NCBI GenBank assembly: GCA_025062095.1
Contig: JANXAZ010000015.1
Location: 1,561 to 65,560 of the forward strand
DNA from: Geminicoccaceae bacterium
GTDB lineage: Bacteria > Pseudomonadota > Alphaproteobacteria > Geminicoccales > Geminicoccaceae
DNA length: 64,000 bases
Direction: 5' to 3'
Part shown: positions 1-9,906 of the stretch, one piece after another
How the letters are laid out: every line of letters starts with the position of its first letter
Numbering within the stretch: position 1 is the first letter of the stretch
Notes under the pieces: model-generated
The model's database searches: none
What the model was told of the DNA's origin: nothing
The model's input: the letters and a program-made list of their open reading frames with translations, nothing else
Position numbers and translations under genes: made by a program

Positions 1-68
1 TCGCGATCCTGCGCGATCCCGGCTGGTACCGTCCGCAGGCCGACCTCGCCCCGGCGCTCGCCGCCTGA
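1..68 (+). CDS. 3' end of an unidentified CDS entering from upstream of the window
   Basis: The frame from nt 3 reads ...AILRDPGWYRPQADLAPALAA with G/C at almost every third position and TGA at 66-68. It is too short to name. Confidence 0.3.
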   Translation, partial: AILRDPGWYRPQADLAPALAA

Positions 69-75
69 CGCCCGC

Positions 76-2445
76 TCACGCGACGGCCGGCGCCTCGCCG
101 CGCCGCTCCTCCAAGAGCCGAGCGATCGCCGGATAGTCCGGCTTGCCGGTGGCGAGCCGCGGGAGCTCGTCGAATTCGACCACCTCCGCCGGGATCAAGA
201 GCTCGCTTTCGCCCGCTTCCCGCACGATCCGGACGAGGGCCGCGCGATCGAGCCCGCGGGCCGTGGTCGCGAGGACGAGCCGCTCGCCTTTGCGCGCATC
301 GGCGGTGGCGAGAACGGCGTGCTGCGCGTCCGGCAGAGCGCGCGCGAAGAGCTCTTCGGCCGCGGCGAGGCTCACCATCTCGCCGCCGACCTTCGCGAAG
401 CGCTTGGCACGACCGAGGATGCGCACGAAGCCCTCCTCGTCGACCGCCACGACGTCCCCCGTGTCGTACCAACCCCCGGGCGGCGGCAGGAGCGCGCCGG
501 GGCGCTCGGGATCGAGATAGCCGCGCATGAGGTTGGGGCCGCGGACGAACAGCCGGCCGCCTTCGGGGATTCCGGTGACCGGCTCGAGCCGCCATTCGAT
601 GCCCGGCAAGAAACGGCCCACGCTGCCGGGGCGGCTGTGGGCCGGGGTGTTGACCGCGAGCACCGGGCCGGTCTCGGTGGCACCGTAGCCCTCGAGCACG
701 CGCACCCCGAAGCGGTCCTGCCACAGCCGCCGGGTCTCCTCCTGGAGCTTCTCGGCACCGGCGAAGAGATAGCGCAGCGAGCGGAAATCGAGGGGATCGG
801 CCACGCGCGCGTAGCCGCGCAGAAACGTGTCGGTGCCGAAGAGAATGGTCGAATCCGTGCCGTAGACGAGCTCCGCTACGGTGCGGTAGTGCAAAGGCGA
901 AGGATAGAGAAACACGCGCGCTCCGACCCGAAGCGGCAAGACCAGCCCGGCGAGCAGCCCGAAAGCGTGAAACAGCGGCAGCGCCGCGAAGGTCCGGTCG
1001 TGCCGGCCGAAATCGAAGAGCACCGCCGCTTGGGCGGCGTTCGCGAGCAGGGCGCGGTGGGAAAGCGCCACCGCCTTGGGTCTGCCTTCCGAGCCCGAGG
1101 TGAAAAGAACGACCGCCGTGTCCTCGGGTGCGACCGCGAAGCGGCGGTGGAAGCGACGGGCGGCGCGCGAGTCGAAGAGAGCCCGCAGCCGTGCCGCACG
1201 CGTGAGCTCGGCGCGCAGATCTTCGAGGAAGAGCACGCGCGTGCACGCCGCCAAGGCGGCGAGCTCGCGTTCGAGCCGGGCCTGTTCGACGAAGCCGCGG
1301 GAGGCGAGGACCAGGCGGATGCGGGCGATGTCCACGGCCGCGCAGAGATTGGCGATCCCGGCGGCGTAGTTGAGAAGGGCCGGCACCCGGCCGATCGCCT
1401 GCAAGGCCATGAAGGTCGCGACCGTGGCGCAGGCGTTGGGCAAAAACAGCCCCACGACCTCGCCGCGCTCGCTTTCCCGCGCGAGCCTGCGGCCGAGAAG
1501 GAGGGCCGCGGTCACGAGCCGCCCGAAGGTCAGCCGTGTACCGCGGACGTCGCGGGCGAATTCGCTGCCCGCCCCGTGGCGCGCGCGGGCGTCGAGGGCC
1601 GCTTCGAACAACGTCCCCTCTCGATCCGCGGTACGGAAGAGGGCCTCGACGAGGAAATCGTGCAAGACGGTCGCCGCCCGACGCCGACGCGGACGTCCTT
1701 TGAGCTCCTCCGGAAGCTCGAGCCGGCGCGGCTCGAGAAGCGTCACCACAAGACGCGGGAAGAGCCGCCGGCGCACCTGGCCTTTCGTGAGGCGGGAGAA
1801 CAGGCTGAGTTCGGCGCCTTCGATGCGCGCGGGCACGATCGTCGCCTTGGCGCGGTCGGCGATCCAGGCGGGCCCGGCGTAGATCTTCATGAGCCCGCCG
1901 GTGACCGTGATCCGTCCTTCCGGGAAGATCGCGAGCGGTGTGCCGGATGCGACGAGATCGGCCATCCGCCGCGCCTCCATGGGCTTGGTGGGATCGACGG
2001 CGACGAGGTGCAGAGGCTCGCGGAAAGGAGCGAGCCACCAGCGCGCGAGCCAGTCGTGCCAGACGGCGAAGACCGGGATCTCGGGCAGAGCCGCGAGGAG
2101 AAGCGGTCCGTCGAGGAAAGAAACGTGGTTGGCGATGAGGATCCGTCGCGAGCCCGCGGCCGCGAACCGCTCGGCCCCCCGAACCTCGAGCCGGAACAGG
2201 AGACGAAAGGCGGCGCGGAAGACCCGTTGCAGCGCCGGGCCGGAAAGAAAGGGCAAGGCGAGGACGAGAAGGCTCGAGAAAGCGCAAAGAACGCCCAGAA
2301 CAAGCGCCGCCACCGGTGCCCCCATCGCGAGGCAGCCGCCCACGACGAGCGCGAGCAGAAGGAGCGCACCCGCGCCCACCCGCAGCACCCAACCCGAAAG
2401 CGCTTGTCGGCGGGTGATCGCGGAAGCGGGCGGAGGAGCCGACAC
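76..2445 (-). CDS. aas: bifunctional acyltransferase / acyl-ACP synthetase (Aas-like: PlsC-type acyltransferase fused to an AMP-binding adenylation domain)
   Basis: 789-aa ORF with a GTG start and GAGGAG upstream. It has N-terminal TM helices and an acyltransferase block (NHVSFLDGP ... FPEGRIT). AMP-binding motifs follow (TSGSEGRPKAV, YGATE, GWYDTGD, GRAKRFAKVGGEMVS). Confidence 0.8.
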   Translation of the reverse strand: MSAPPPASAITRRQALSGWVLRVGAGALLLLALVVGGCLAMGAPVAALVLGVLCAFSSLLVLALPFLSGPALQRVFRAAFRLLFRLEVRGAERFAAAGSRRILIANHVSFLDGPLLLAALPEIPVFAVWHDWLARWWLAPFREPLHLVAVDPTKPMEARRMADLVASGTPLAIFPEGRITVTGGLMKIYAGPAWIADRAKATIVPARIEGAELSLFSRLTKGQVRRRLFPRLVVTLLEPRRLELPEELKGRPRRRRAATVLHDFLVEALFRTADREGTLFEAALDARARHGAGSEFARDVRGTRLTFGRLVTAALLLGRRLARESERGEVVGLFLPNACATVATFMALQAIGRVPALLNYAAGIANLCAAVDIARIRLVLASRGFVEQARLERELAALAACTRVLFLEDLRAELTRAARLRALFDSRAARRFHRRFAVAPEDTAVVLFTSGSEGRPKAVALSHRALLANAAQAAVLFDFGRHDRTFAALPLFHAFGLLAGLVLPLRVGARVFLYPSPLHYRTVAELVYGTDSTILFGTDTFLRGYARVADPLDFRSLRYLFAGAEKLQEETRRLWQDRFGVRVLEGYGATETGPVLAVNTPAHSRPGSVGRFLPGIEWRLEPVTGIPEGGRLFVRGPNLMRGYLDPERPGALLPPPGGWYDTGDVVAVDEEGFVRILGRAKRFAKVGGEMVSLAAAEELFARALPDAQHAVLATADARKGERLVLATTARGLDRAALVRIVREAGESELLIPAEVVEFDELPRLATGKPDYPAIARLLEERRGEAPAVA

Positions 2446-2458
2446 GTGCCGAGGCTCC

Positions 2459-4087
2459 TCAGCCGCCGGTGGCGCGTCGGAAGGCCTGCACGCCCTCGAC
2501 GAACCGCCTCAGGGTCGCGGATATCGCCCCGCGCGGGATCATCGCCTCGATCAGGTGGAACCGACCGCGAGAGGAGATCGCTTCTTCGAGTGCGCGGGCG
2601 AGCTCGGCCCGGGTCCACACCCTCCTCCCCTCCCCGCCCAGCGCCGAGGCGGCTTCGGCGAAGCGCCAATCGTCGAGATCGTTGAAGCGCGCCTCGGGCT
2701 CGAAGACGCGCAGCATCTCCCAGCTGCGGTTGTTGAAGACGACCACGATCGGATCGATCCCGAACTTGCGGCAGTTGCCGAGTTCCCACCCGGTCATCTG
2801 GAAGGCTCCGTCACCCACGAGCACGAGGACCCGCCGTCCGGTGACGAGTTGCGCCGCCATTCCCGCCGGCACGCCGTAGCCCATTCCGGCGTAATAGGCG
2901 GGCGCGGTCAAAGGCCCGTGATCGAGCGACATGGCGGTGAACAGACAGTCGCCCACGTCGCACGCCACCGGCATCACGCCGTGGCGGGCGAAGAGGTCGT
3001 TGATCCCGCGCGCGATGTCGTCGGGCGTGATCGGCGCCTCGTCGGCGCGGAGATCCCTCGGCACGGCCGGCTTGGGCGCGGCGACGGCGCTGCCGAGCGG
3101 CCGCGCCCGTTCCAACAGAGCCTCGACCAGAGCGCGCAAGGGGATGTCGGGAAAGACGTGAAAGCCCATCGCGACGCTGCGGTCGCAAGCGCGGATCGTG
3201 CGCCGCAGGTCGAGCCGACCCGCGCTCACCCCGAAGTTCGTGTCCGACAGGATGACACCCAGAAGCAACAGTCCGTCCGAGCCCTCGACCAACTCGGCGA
3301 TCGCCGGATCGCCCGCGAACCCGAGATAGGTGCCGACCAGGGGGGCATCGGCTTCCGTGAGCAGTCCCCGCCCCATGAAGCTGGTGACCACCGGGATCGC
3401 GAGCCGGCGGGCGAGCTCGGCCACCTTCGTTTCGAGCGCGAAACGGCGGATCTCGACATCGACCAGAAGGACCGGCCGGCGCGCCGCCGCGAGGCGGTCG
3501 AGGATCGCGTCCGCACAGGCCGCCACGGCTTCGGGATCGAAGGGCCAAGGTGCGGGATCGGGAACCGGCTCGACGGGTGCCGCGACCAGATCGCGCGGGA
3601 TCTCGAGATAGACCGGCCGGCTCTCTTCGAGAGCGGCCTGGAGGACGCGCGCGCTCTCGGAAGGCGCGGTGCGCGGGTCTTCGAGACGGGCTTGCGCGAC
3701 CGTGATCTCGCGGAACACGCGGAACTGGGTGTCGAGCCGCGGGCCTTGATGGTGGAGCAACAGCCCGGAGCGCGCTTCGTGTCGGCCGGGTGCACCCGAG
3801 ATCACGACCACCGGAGACTTTTCGGCGTAGGCCGCGGCGATGGGGTTGACGATGTTGAAGGCGCCCGCGCCCCAGGTGACCGCCGCCACCGCGGGGGCCG
3901 AGCGGAACCGGGCGGCGGCGTCGGCGGCGAAGCCCACCGCCGGCTCGTGCGAGAGCGTATGGATCGGCAAGATCCCGCTCGCTTCGGCGATCCGGAAGAA
4001 AGGCAGCGCGAAATCGCCCGGGATGCCGAAGATCTCGCGCACGCCCCGCGCGCGCAGCGCCTGCAACAACGCTTCGACGAGGTTCAC
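2459..4087 (-). CDS. thiamine-diphosphate-dependent alpha-keto-acid decarboxylase (indolepyruvate/pyruvate decarboxylase family)
   Basis: 542 aa. The N-terminus is MNLVEALLQALRARGVREIFGIPGDF, and the ThDP-binding motif is GDGAFQMT...NN(RSW). GTG start with AAGGGAGA upstream. Confidence 0.8.
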   Translation of the reverse strand: MNLVEALLQALRARGVREIFGIPGDFALPFFRIAEASGILPIHTLSHEPAVGFAADAAARFRSAPAVAAVTWGAGAFNIVNPIAAAYAEKSPVVVISGAPGRHEARSGLLLHHQGPRLDTQFRVFREITVAQARLEDPRTAPSESARVLQAALEESRPVYLEIPRDLVAAPVEPVPDPAPWPFDPEAVAACADAILDRLAAARRPVLLVDVEIRRFALETKVAELARRLAIPVVTSFMGRGLLTEADAPLVGTYLGFAGDPAIAELVEGSDGLLLLGVILSDTNFGVSAGRLDLRRTIRACDRSVAMGFHVFPDIPLRALVEALLERARPLGSAVAAPKPAVPRDLRADEAPITPDDIARGINDLFARHGVMPVACDVGDCLFTAMSLDHGPLTAPAYYAGMGYGVPAGMAAQLVTGRRVLVLVGDGAFQMTGWELGNCRKFGIDPIVVVFNNRSWEMLRVFEPEARFNDLDDWRFAEAASALGGEGRRVWTRAELARALEEAISSRGRFHLIEAMIPRGAISATLRRFVEGVQAFRRATGG

Positions 4088-4189
4088 GGGGTTTCTCCCT
4101 TCCGGCTTCCGGCCCCGGGCGACGCCGATATCCTACCACGCGCGGCCCAACCGCGAAGAACGCGGTGCATTCGCGGCAAGAGGCAGAGG

Positions 4190-4474
4190 ATGTTGCGCCG
4201 GCTCGTCGGATTCCTGCTCCTCGTCTACCTGCTCCCGGCGACCGCGGTCACCGGGACCACTCTGGGTGCCTTGATGCTCCGCGGCGAGCCGCCGGAATCC
4301 CTCAAGCGCTGTCTCGCCGCCGGCCGACCCGCTCCCGACGTGACGCTTTTCGCCCTGCGCCGCGGCTTCTCGTGGCCGCGCGAGCTGCCCGAGCGGCTCC
4401 GGGGCGATCCGGTCCGCCTTTTCGACTGGCTTCTCGTCCGCTCGGATCCCTTCCCCGAGGCCTGCAGGAGCTGA
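4190..4474 (+). CDS. hypothetical small membrane/exported protein
   Basis: The ATG is preceded by AGGCAGAGG. The N-terminus is hydrophobic (MLRRLVGFLLLVYLLPATAV) and GC3 is high. No recognisable family. Confidence 0.35.
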   Translation: MLRRLVGFLLLVYLLPATAVTGTTLGALMLRGEPPESLKRCLAAGRPAPDVTLFALRRGFSWPRELPERLRGDPVRLFDWLLVRSDPFPEACRS

Positions 4475-4785
4475 AGGACCCCGAAGCCGCGGGCGTGCCG
4501 GCCCCGCCCGGGGGCGGGAGGCGAAGAGACACGAGGCCTTCGAGCGATCCGCCGCTCTCGGGCTGCGCTCGCCCCTCCCCCGCGGCTCGCGCGTCCCGAG
4601 CGCGCGAACGGAAACGATCGCGACCGACACGGGTGCCGAGGCGAGCCCGCGCGGCCGCACCCGTCCGCCGGGGATCGGCTCGATCGTGGGCCCTCTTCGC
4701 CCTGGGCCACGATCGCGACGCCCGGCGACCCCGCGGCCGCCGCTCGCGCGCGATCCTCCTTGTCGCGCGCTATGGCGCGTGCGAG

Positions 4786-5139
4786 ATGGCGGAAGGTCGA
4801 AACGCGAAGGAGGCCCGAAGCTTGGTGCGGGTGGTGACGACGATCGCCTCGGTGGGCTTTCTCGCCGCGGCCGCGCCCGCGGCCGCGCAGCCGGGCGATC
4901 CGGTCGCGGGTCGGGCGCTCGCGATCGAGCTGTGCGGGACTTGCCACCTCGTTCCGGGCTCGCTGCGCCCGGTGCCCGACGGGGTGCCGAGCTTCGCCGC
5001 GATCGCCCGCAAATGGACGGATGCGGAGGAGCTCGCCGATCGCCTGATCCTGCCCCCGCATCCGGTGATGCCGCCCCCGCCTCTCACCAACCGGCAGCGA
5101 CGCGACGTGGCGGCCTGGATCCTCTCGCTGCGCGAGTGA
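4786..5139 (+). CDS. periplasmic mono-haem c-type cytochrome
   Basis: Signal-peptide-like N-terminus (VVTTIASVGFLAAAAPAAAQ). It has a single CxxCH haem motif (CGTCH) and a downstream Met-rich segment (PPHPVMPP). This is an internal ATG of the 4165..5139 ORF. Confidence 0.7.
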   Translation: MAEGRNAKEARSLVRVVTTIASVGFLAAAAPAAAQPGDPVAGRALAIELCGTCHLVPGSLRPVPDGVPSFAAIARKWTDAEELADRLILPPHPVMPPPPLTNRQRRDVAAWILSLRE

Positions 5140-5153
5140 GGCCGGAGGGGCTT

Positions 5154-6059
5154 TCAGCCGGCCTTGACGATCTGGGTTCCGAAGCCGCCGGCGGTGAAGA
5201 GTTCCAAGAGGATCGCGTGCGGAACGCGGCCGTCGAGGATGACCGCGGCCTCTACCCCTTCTTCGACCGCGCGCAGGCAGGTCTCGACCTTGGGGATCAT
5301 GCCGCCCGAGATCACCCCGTCGCGGATCCACGCCCGCGCGGTGCCGCTGTCGAGCGTCGGGACGAAGCGCTTGTCGGCGTCGAGCACGCCGCGGACGTCG
5401 GTGAGCATCAAGAGCTTGCGCGCCTTGAGCGCCCCCGCCACCGCGCCGGCGGCGGTATCGGCGTTGATGTTGAAGGTCTGACCCTCGTCGCCGACCCCGA
5501 TCGGCGCGATCACGGGGATGATGTCGCTCTGCGTGAGCACGTCGAGCACGTGGGTGTTGATCCGCGTGGGCTCGCCGACGAAGCCGAGATCGACCACCTG
5601 CTCGATGGCGCTGTCCGGGTCGCGGCGGGTGCGGGTGAGTTTTTTCGCCTCGATCAGGCGTCCGTCCTTGCCGCACAGGCCGACCGCGATGCCGCCGGCG
5701 TTCTGGATCGCGGTGACGATCTCTTTGTTGATCCGGCCGGCGAGCACCATCTCGACGACTTCGACCGTAGCGGCGTCGGTCACCCGCAAGCCGTCGACGA
5801 AGCTCGACTGGATCTTGAGCCGGTCGAGCATGGCCTTGATCTGCGGCCCGCCGCCGTGCACGACCACCGGATTGATCCCGATCTGCTTCAAGAGCACGAC
5901 GTCGCGGGCGAAATCGGCCGCGACCTCTTCGTCGCCCATGGCGTGGCCGCCGTATTTCACGACCATCACCGCGCCGCGGTAGCGGCGCATATAGGGCAGC
6001 GCTTCGATGAGCGTGTTGGCGATCCGTTGGATCTCGGGCGGCACCACGCTCGCGCTCAT
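5154..6059 (-). CDS. argB: acetylglutamate kinase
   Basis: 301 aa with typical ArgB sequence ([40 protein letters not shown]). Confidence 0.95.
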   Translation of the reverse strand: MSASVVPPEIQRIANTLIEALPYMRRYRGAVMVVKYGGHAMGDEEVAADFARDVVLLKQIGINPVVVHGGGPQIKAMLDRLKIQSSFVDGLRVTDAATVEVVEMVLAGRINKEIVTAIQNAGGIAVGLCGKDGRLIEAKKLTRTRRDPDSAIEQVVDLGFVGEPTRINTHVLDVLTQSDIIPVIAPIGVGDEGQTFNINADTAAGAVAGALKARKLLMLTDVRGVLDADKRFVPTLDSGTARAWIRDGVISGGMIPKVETCLRAVEEGVEAAVILDGRVPHAILLELFTAGGFGTQIVKAG

Positions 6060-6073
6060 GGGGAGCTCCGTGC

Positions 6074-6736
6074 TCAGCTGCGGGGTTCGGGGGCGGCGCG
6101 GGCGGCGAGCTCGGCGCGCAACAGCTCGAGCCCGCGGCGATCCTTGGCACTGGTGACGATCGGTTCGGGCAGCGCCGCGGGTCGGCGCAAGAGCGCTCGG
6201 CGGAGGTCCGCCACCCTTTCCGCGAGCTCGCTCGGCCGTACGAGATCGGCCTTGGTGAGGACCACGAGATAGGGCACCGCGGCTTCGGCCAGAAGATTCA
6301 TCGCCCGTTCGTCGTTGGGCTTGGGGCCGTGGCGCGCATCGATCAGCAGGCAGACGAGGGCGAGCGAAGGTCGACCGCGCAAATAAGCGAAGATCAGCTT
6401 CGTCCAGGTCTCGACCTTGGCCTTGGGGGCGCGCGCGTAGCCGTAGCCGGGCATGTCGACGAGCAGCAGGCGTCCGCCCAGCTCGAAGAAGACGAGCTCT
6501 TGTGTCCGCCCCGGCGTGTGCGAGGTGCGGGCGAGCCCCGAGCGGCCGACGAGGGCGTTGAGGAGCGAGGACTTGCCGACGTTCGAGCGACCGGCGAAGG
6601 CGATTTCGGGAAGCCCGACTTCGGGCAGCTGATCGAGCCGCGCGACGCTCAGGACATAGCGCACGGGGGCGGCGAAGAGCCGGCGACCCGCCTCGAGGTC
6701 GAGCTCCGGTCGCTGCGCGAGCGTCTCGACGGTCAT
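6074..6736 (-). CDS. engB: ribosome-biogenesis GTPase EngB/YihA
   Basis: G1 [13 protein letters not shown]3 DMPGYG, G4 TKADL. ATG at 6734-6736, inside the longer spurious 6074..8479 ORF. Confidence 0.9.
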   Translation of the reverse strand: MTVETLAQRPELDLEAGRRLFAAPVRYVLSVARLDQLPEVGLPEIAFAGRSNVGKSSLLNALVGRSGLARTSHTPGRTQELVFFELGGRLLLVDMPGYGYARAPKAKVETWTKLIFAYLRGRPSLALVCLLIDARHGPKPNDERAMNLLAEAAVPYLVVLTKADLVRPSELAERVADLRRALLRRPAALPEPIVTSAKDRRGLELLRAELAARAAPEPRS

Positions 6737-6747
6737 CGCGGCGAGCT

Positions 6748-8466
6748 TCAGCTCGCGCTCACCCCCATCCGCTTCATGATCAGCCACTGCTGAGCGATCG
6801 AGAGCAGGTTGTTCCACGTCCAATAGATCACGAGCCCGGCCGGGAAGGTCGCGAACAGGAAGGTGAAGAAGATCGGCAGCAAGTTCATGACCTTGGCCTG
6901 GACGGGGTCGGCGGGCTGCGGATTGAGCTTTTGTTGCAGCCACATCGTCGCACCCATGGCGATCGGCCAGACCCCGATCGTCAGGAAGCCGGGAACTTCG
7001 TAGGGCAGAAGACCGAAGAGGTTGAAGATGCTCGTCGGATCGGGCGCCGAGAGGTCCTTGATCCAGCCGAAGAACGGTGCGTGCCGCATCTCGATGCTGA
7101 CGAACAGGACCTTGTAGAGCGCGAAGAAAACCGGGATCTGCACGACGATCGGGAGACAACCCGCCATCGGGTTGACCTTCTCGCGCTGATAGAGGGCCAT
7201 GAGCTCCTGGTTCATCTTGACCTTGTCGTCCGCGTAGAGCTCGCGGATGCGCATCATCTCGGGCTGGAGCTTCTTCATGTGGCTCATGGCCCGATAGGAC
7301 TTGTTGGCGAGCGGGAAGAACGCGATCTTGACGAGCAAGGTCAACAACAGGATGGCGACGCCGTAGTTCCCGGTCCACTTGTAAAAGAAATGCAGAATGT
7401 GAAAGATGGGTTTGGTCAGGAAATAGAACCAGCCGAAATCGACCGCCCGGTCGAAGAGCGGGACGCCGAGGGTCGCTTCGTACCGGTCGAGCTTGTCGAC
7501 CTCCTTGGCGCCGACGAACACCCGGTCGACGACCTGCGCCACTTGACCCGGCGCCACGGTGACGGGTTCGCCCCGGAAATCCACCTGGTAGCGGTCGCGG
7601 CCGTCGAGCGGGACCCAGCGGAAGCTCGCCACGAGTTCGCGGTCCTGCTGCGGGACGAGCGCCGCGAGCCAATACTTGTCGGTGATGCCGATCCAGCCGC
7701 CGCGGCTCTTGTATTCCTGGACCGACCCGCCTTTGAGGTCGTCGTAGTCGATCTCGTGCAAGCGACCGTCGAGCACCCCGAGCGGTCCCTCGTGCAGGAT
7801 GAAGAAGCCGAGGGTCGGCGGCGTGTCCCACCGGCTCACCAGACCGTAAGGATAGAGCGTGACGGGCTCGCTTCCGTCGTTGCGCACGCTGCGCGTGATC
7901 GTGAGCATGAAGTCGCCGTCGACCTCGATCGTCTGGGCGAAGACGAGACCGCGGCCGTTGTCGAAGCGCAGCCGGACCGGGCGCTCGATGCCCAGCCGAT
8001 CGCCGTCCGTCTGCCAGAGCGTGCGCGAATCCGGCACCACCACGCCCGGGGTGCCGGCGATCCATCCGAACTCGACGAAATAGGGATGGGCCGAGCCCAC
8101 CGGCGCGAGCACGCGGATCTCGGGCGAGTTCTTGTCCGGCGTCTCGTGGTAGTCGGCGAGCGTGACGTCGTCGATGCGCGCCCCTTGGAGCGCGATCGAG
8201 CCGTGCAGCCGGCCGTTGTCGAGCCGGATGCGCGGACCCGTGGGCGCGACCTCGACGCCCGTCCGCGCCGCACCCGGCACGGAAGGCACCACCGCCTCGG
8301 CTCCGGGCGTCGTCGCCGGCTCCTGGCTCTCGGCCTGGCGCGCGAGCTCGGCTTGCCGGGCCTGCTGCTCCCTCAGCCGCGGGATCTCGTAAAAATATTG
8401 GAAGGCGAAGATGATCCCGACGGAGAGCAGGATCGCGAGCAGCAGGTTTCTCTGTTCGCCCGTCAT
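6748..8466 (-). CDS. yidC: membrane protein insertase YidC
   Basis: 572 aa from [22 protein letters not shown]. It has a large periplasmic domain and a conserved C-terminal core ([19 protein letters not shown] ... [12 protein letters not shown]). Confidence 0.95.
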   Translation of the reverse strand: MTGEQRNLLLAILLSVGIIFAFQYFYEIPRLREQQARQAELARQAESQEPATTPGAEAVVPSVPGAARTGVEVAPTGPRIRLDNGRLHGSIALQGARIDDVTLADYHETPDKNSPEIRVLAPVGSAHPYFVEFGWIAGTPGVVVPDSRTLWQTDGDRLGIERPVRLRFDNGRGLVFAQTIEVDGDFMLTITRSVRNDGSEPVTLYPYGLVSRWDTPPTLGFFILHEGPLGVLDGRLHEIDYDDLKGGSVQEYKSRGGWIGITDKYWLAALVPQQDRELVASFRWVPLDGRDRYQVDFRGEPVTVAPGQVAQVVDRVFVGAKEVDKLDRYEATLGVPLFDRAVDFGWFYFLTKPIFHILHFFYKWTGNYGVAILLLTLLVKIAFFPLANKSYRAMSHMKKLQPEMMRIRELYADDKVKMNQELMALYQREKVNPMAGCLPIVVQIPVFFALYKVLFVSIEMRHAPFFGWIKDLSAPDPTSIFNLFGLLPYEVPGFLTIGVWPIAMGATMWLQQKLNPQPADPVQAKVMNLLPIFFTFLFATFPAGLVIYWTWNNLLSIAQQWLIMKRMGVSAS

Positions 8467-8858
8467 CGCGATGGCCCACTCCCGAAGCTGCGATCCCGTG
8501 CGCGCGCGCACGGGGCGCTCGGAGGCGCGCGCTCGGCGACCGGCTCGGCCCCCGGTACGGGATCGAAACCCGATCCGCCCCAGGGATGGCACCGCGCCAG
8601 GCGCCCGAGCGCGAGCCATCCGCCGCGCCAGGGCCCGTGCCGCGCGATCGCCTCGAGCGCGTACTCCGAACAGGTGGGTAGATAGCGGCAGGAGGGCCCG
8701 AGGACAGGCGAGAGGATCAGCCGGTAGGCGTAGAGGAGGCCGCAGAGGAACCATCCGAGCGCCTGCTCGAGGGCCCGGAAGAGCGCGCGCGCAGCCGCGC
8801 CAGGCGCGGATCCGCGAAAGCCGCGCGCAAGGATCGAACCAACTCCGCGAACGGGCAT
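8463..8858 (-). CDS. yidD: membrane protein insertion efficiency factor YidD
   Basis: Core sequence [35 protein letters not shown]. Its stop overlaps the yidC start (ATGA). The only canonical in-frame start is the ATG at 8856-8858. Confidence 0.75.
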   Translation of the reverse strand: MPVRGVGSILARGFRGSAPGAAARALFRALEQALGWFLCGLLYAYRLILSPVLGPSCRYLPTCSEYALEAIARHGPWRGGWLALGRLARCHPWGGSGFDPVPGAEPVAERAPPSAPCARARDRSFGSGPSR

Positions 8859-9124
8859 GTGAGCGCCGTCCCCCGTGCCACGATCACGATGTCGAGGCCG
8901 CCGGCCTCGAGGGCGTCGGCCGCCGCGCGCACCGCCTCGCGCAGCCGCCGGCGGATCCGGTTGCGCTCGACGGCTCCGCCCAGCTTGCGCGTGACGGTGA
9001 AGCCGACGCCGACGCGGTCCGGGGCCTCCGGCCGGGCCACCGCCTGCAGAACGAAGCTCGGCGCGTGCAGGCGCAGGCCCTTGGCCGCCGCGAGGAATTC
9101 GGCACGGCGCTTGAGCCCGACCAG
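8717..9124 (-). CDS. rnpA: ribonuclease P protein component
   Basis: The track ORF (GTG at 9040) contains [25 protein letters not shown]. The conserved N-terminal block [25 protein letters not shown] lies in frame upstream of that GTG. The real start is therefore nearer 9124 (a CTG) and the 5' end is uncertain. Confidence 0.75.
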   Translation of the reverse strand: MVGLKRRAEFLAAAKGLRLHAPSFVLQAVARPEAPDRVGVGFTVTRKLGGAVERNRIRRRLREAVRAAADALEAGGLDIVIVARGTALTCPFAELVRSLRAAFADPRLARLRARSSGPSSRRSDGSSAASSTPTG

Positions 9125-9153
9125 CGCCGGCCGCCCACGCGGGTGATCCGTCC

Positions 9154-9288
9154 TCAGGCCGAAAGACGCTTGCGCCCGCGGGCCCGGCGCCGCGAGAGCA
9201 CGCGCCGACCACCCTTGGTCGCCATCCGGGCCCTGAAGCCGTGGCGGCGCTTGCGCACGAGCACGCTCGGCTGGAACGTCCGCTTCAC
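9154..9288 (-). CDS. rpmH: 50S ribosomal protein L34
   Basis: [47 protein letters not shown] start with AGAGGTGA upstream. Confidence 0.95.
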   Translation of the reverse strand: MKRTFQPSVLVRKRRHGFRARMATKGGRRVLSRRRARGRKRLSA

Positions 9289-9489
9289 AGGATCACCTCT
9301 GTCCTCGGGGCTAGACGCGGCCCGCGGGCATATAGGCAGGGTCCGGCCGCCTGTCAAACCCGGTGAGCGCGACGGCTCGTCTCGTCCCCCTCGCCGCGCG
9401 ATCCGCCGCGCTGCACCTCCGCTCCGTGTGCCCTATGTTAGACGTCACGGGCCATGGGACGCTTCCCGCCCCGGCTCCCGAGGTCGTCC

Positions 9490-9900
9490 ATGTCCAGGCG
9501 AACGCTCCCCCTCGCGCTTCTCGTCGGCGGCATCCTCGCCGGCGCCGCTTGCGCCCCGCGCAATCCGGAACTTTCCGCTTATCGCGGGGTGGAGTTCGCG
9601 ATCGAGAGCTTTTACGAACGCTACGCGTTCGAGCGCAACGCCACCTGTCTGCGGCCCGAGATGTCGATCGCCGCGATCCGCACGCTCGAGGACACGCCCC
9701 AGAAGCTCGTGCTCGAGGTGCGCTATTTCTGGGAGGACCGCGCCTACGGCGCCGACGAGGACGAGGACGAGATGTTCCCGCTGTTCCGCGGGGCGCGCTG
9801 GTGCTCGGGTTTCGACACCCGGATCTTCACCCTCGCCAAGCGCCCCGACGGCTCGGTGAGCGTGATCTCGATGACGGGCCCGCAGCGCGGCTCGGGCTGA
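9490..9900 (+). CDS. small exported protein, possible lipoprotein
   Basis: MSRRTLPLALLVGGILAGAAC signal with a Cys after it (imperfect lipobox). High GC3. Convergent with the HlyD-family gene. An alternative start lies at 9454. Confidence 0.5.
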   Translation: MSRRTLPLALLVGGILAGAACAPRNPELSAYRGVEFAIESFYERYAFERNATCLRPEMSIAAIRTLEDTPQKLVLEVRYFWEDRAYGADEDEDEMFPLFRGARWCSGFDTRIFTLAKRPDGSVSVISMTGPQRGSG

Positions 9901-9906
9901 GCCCGC

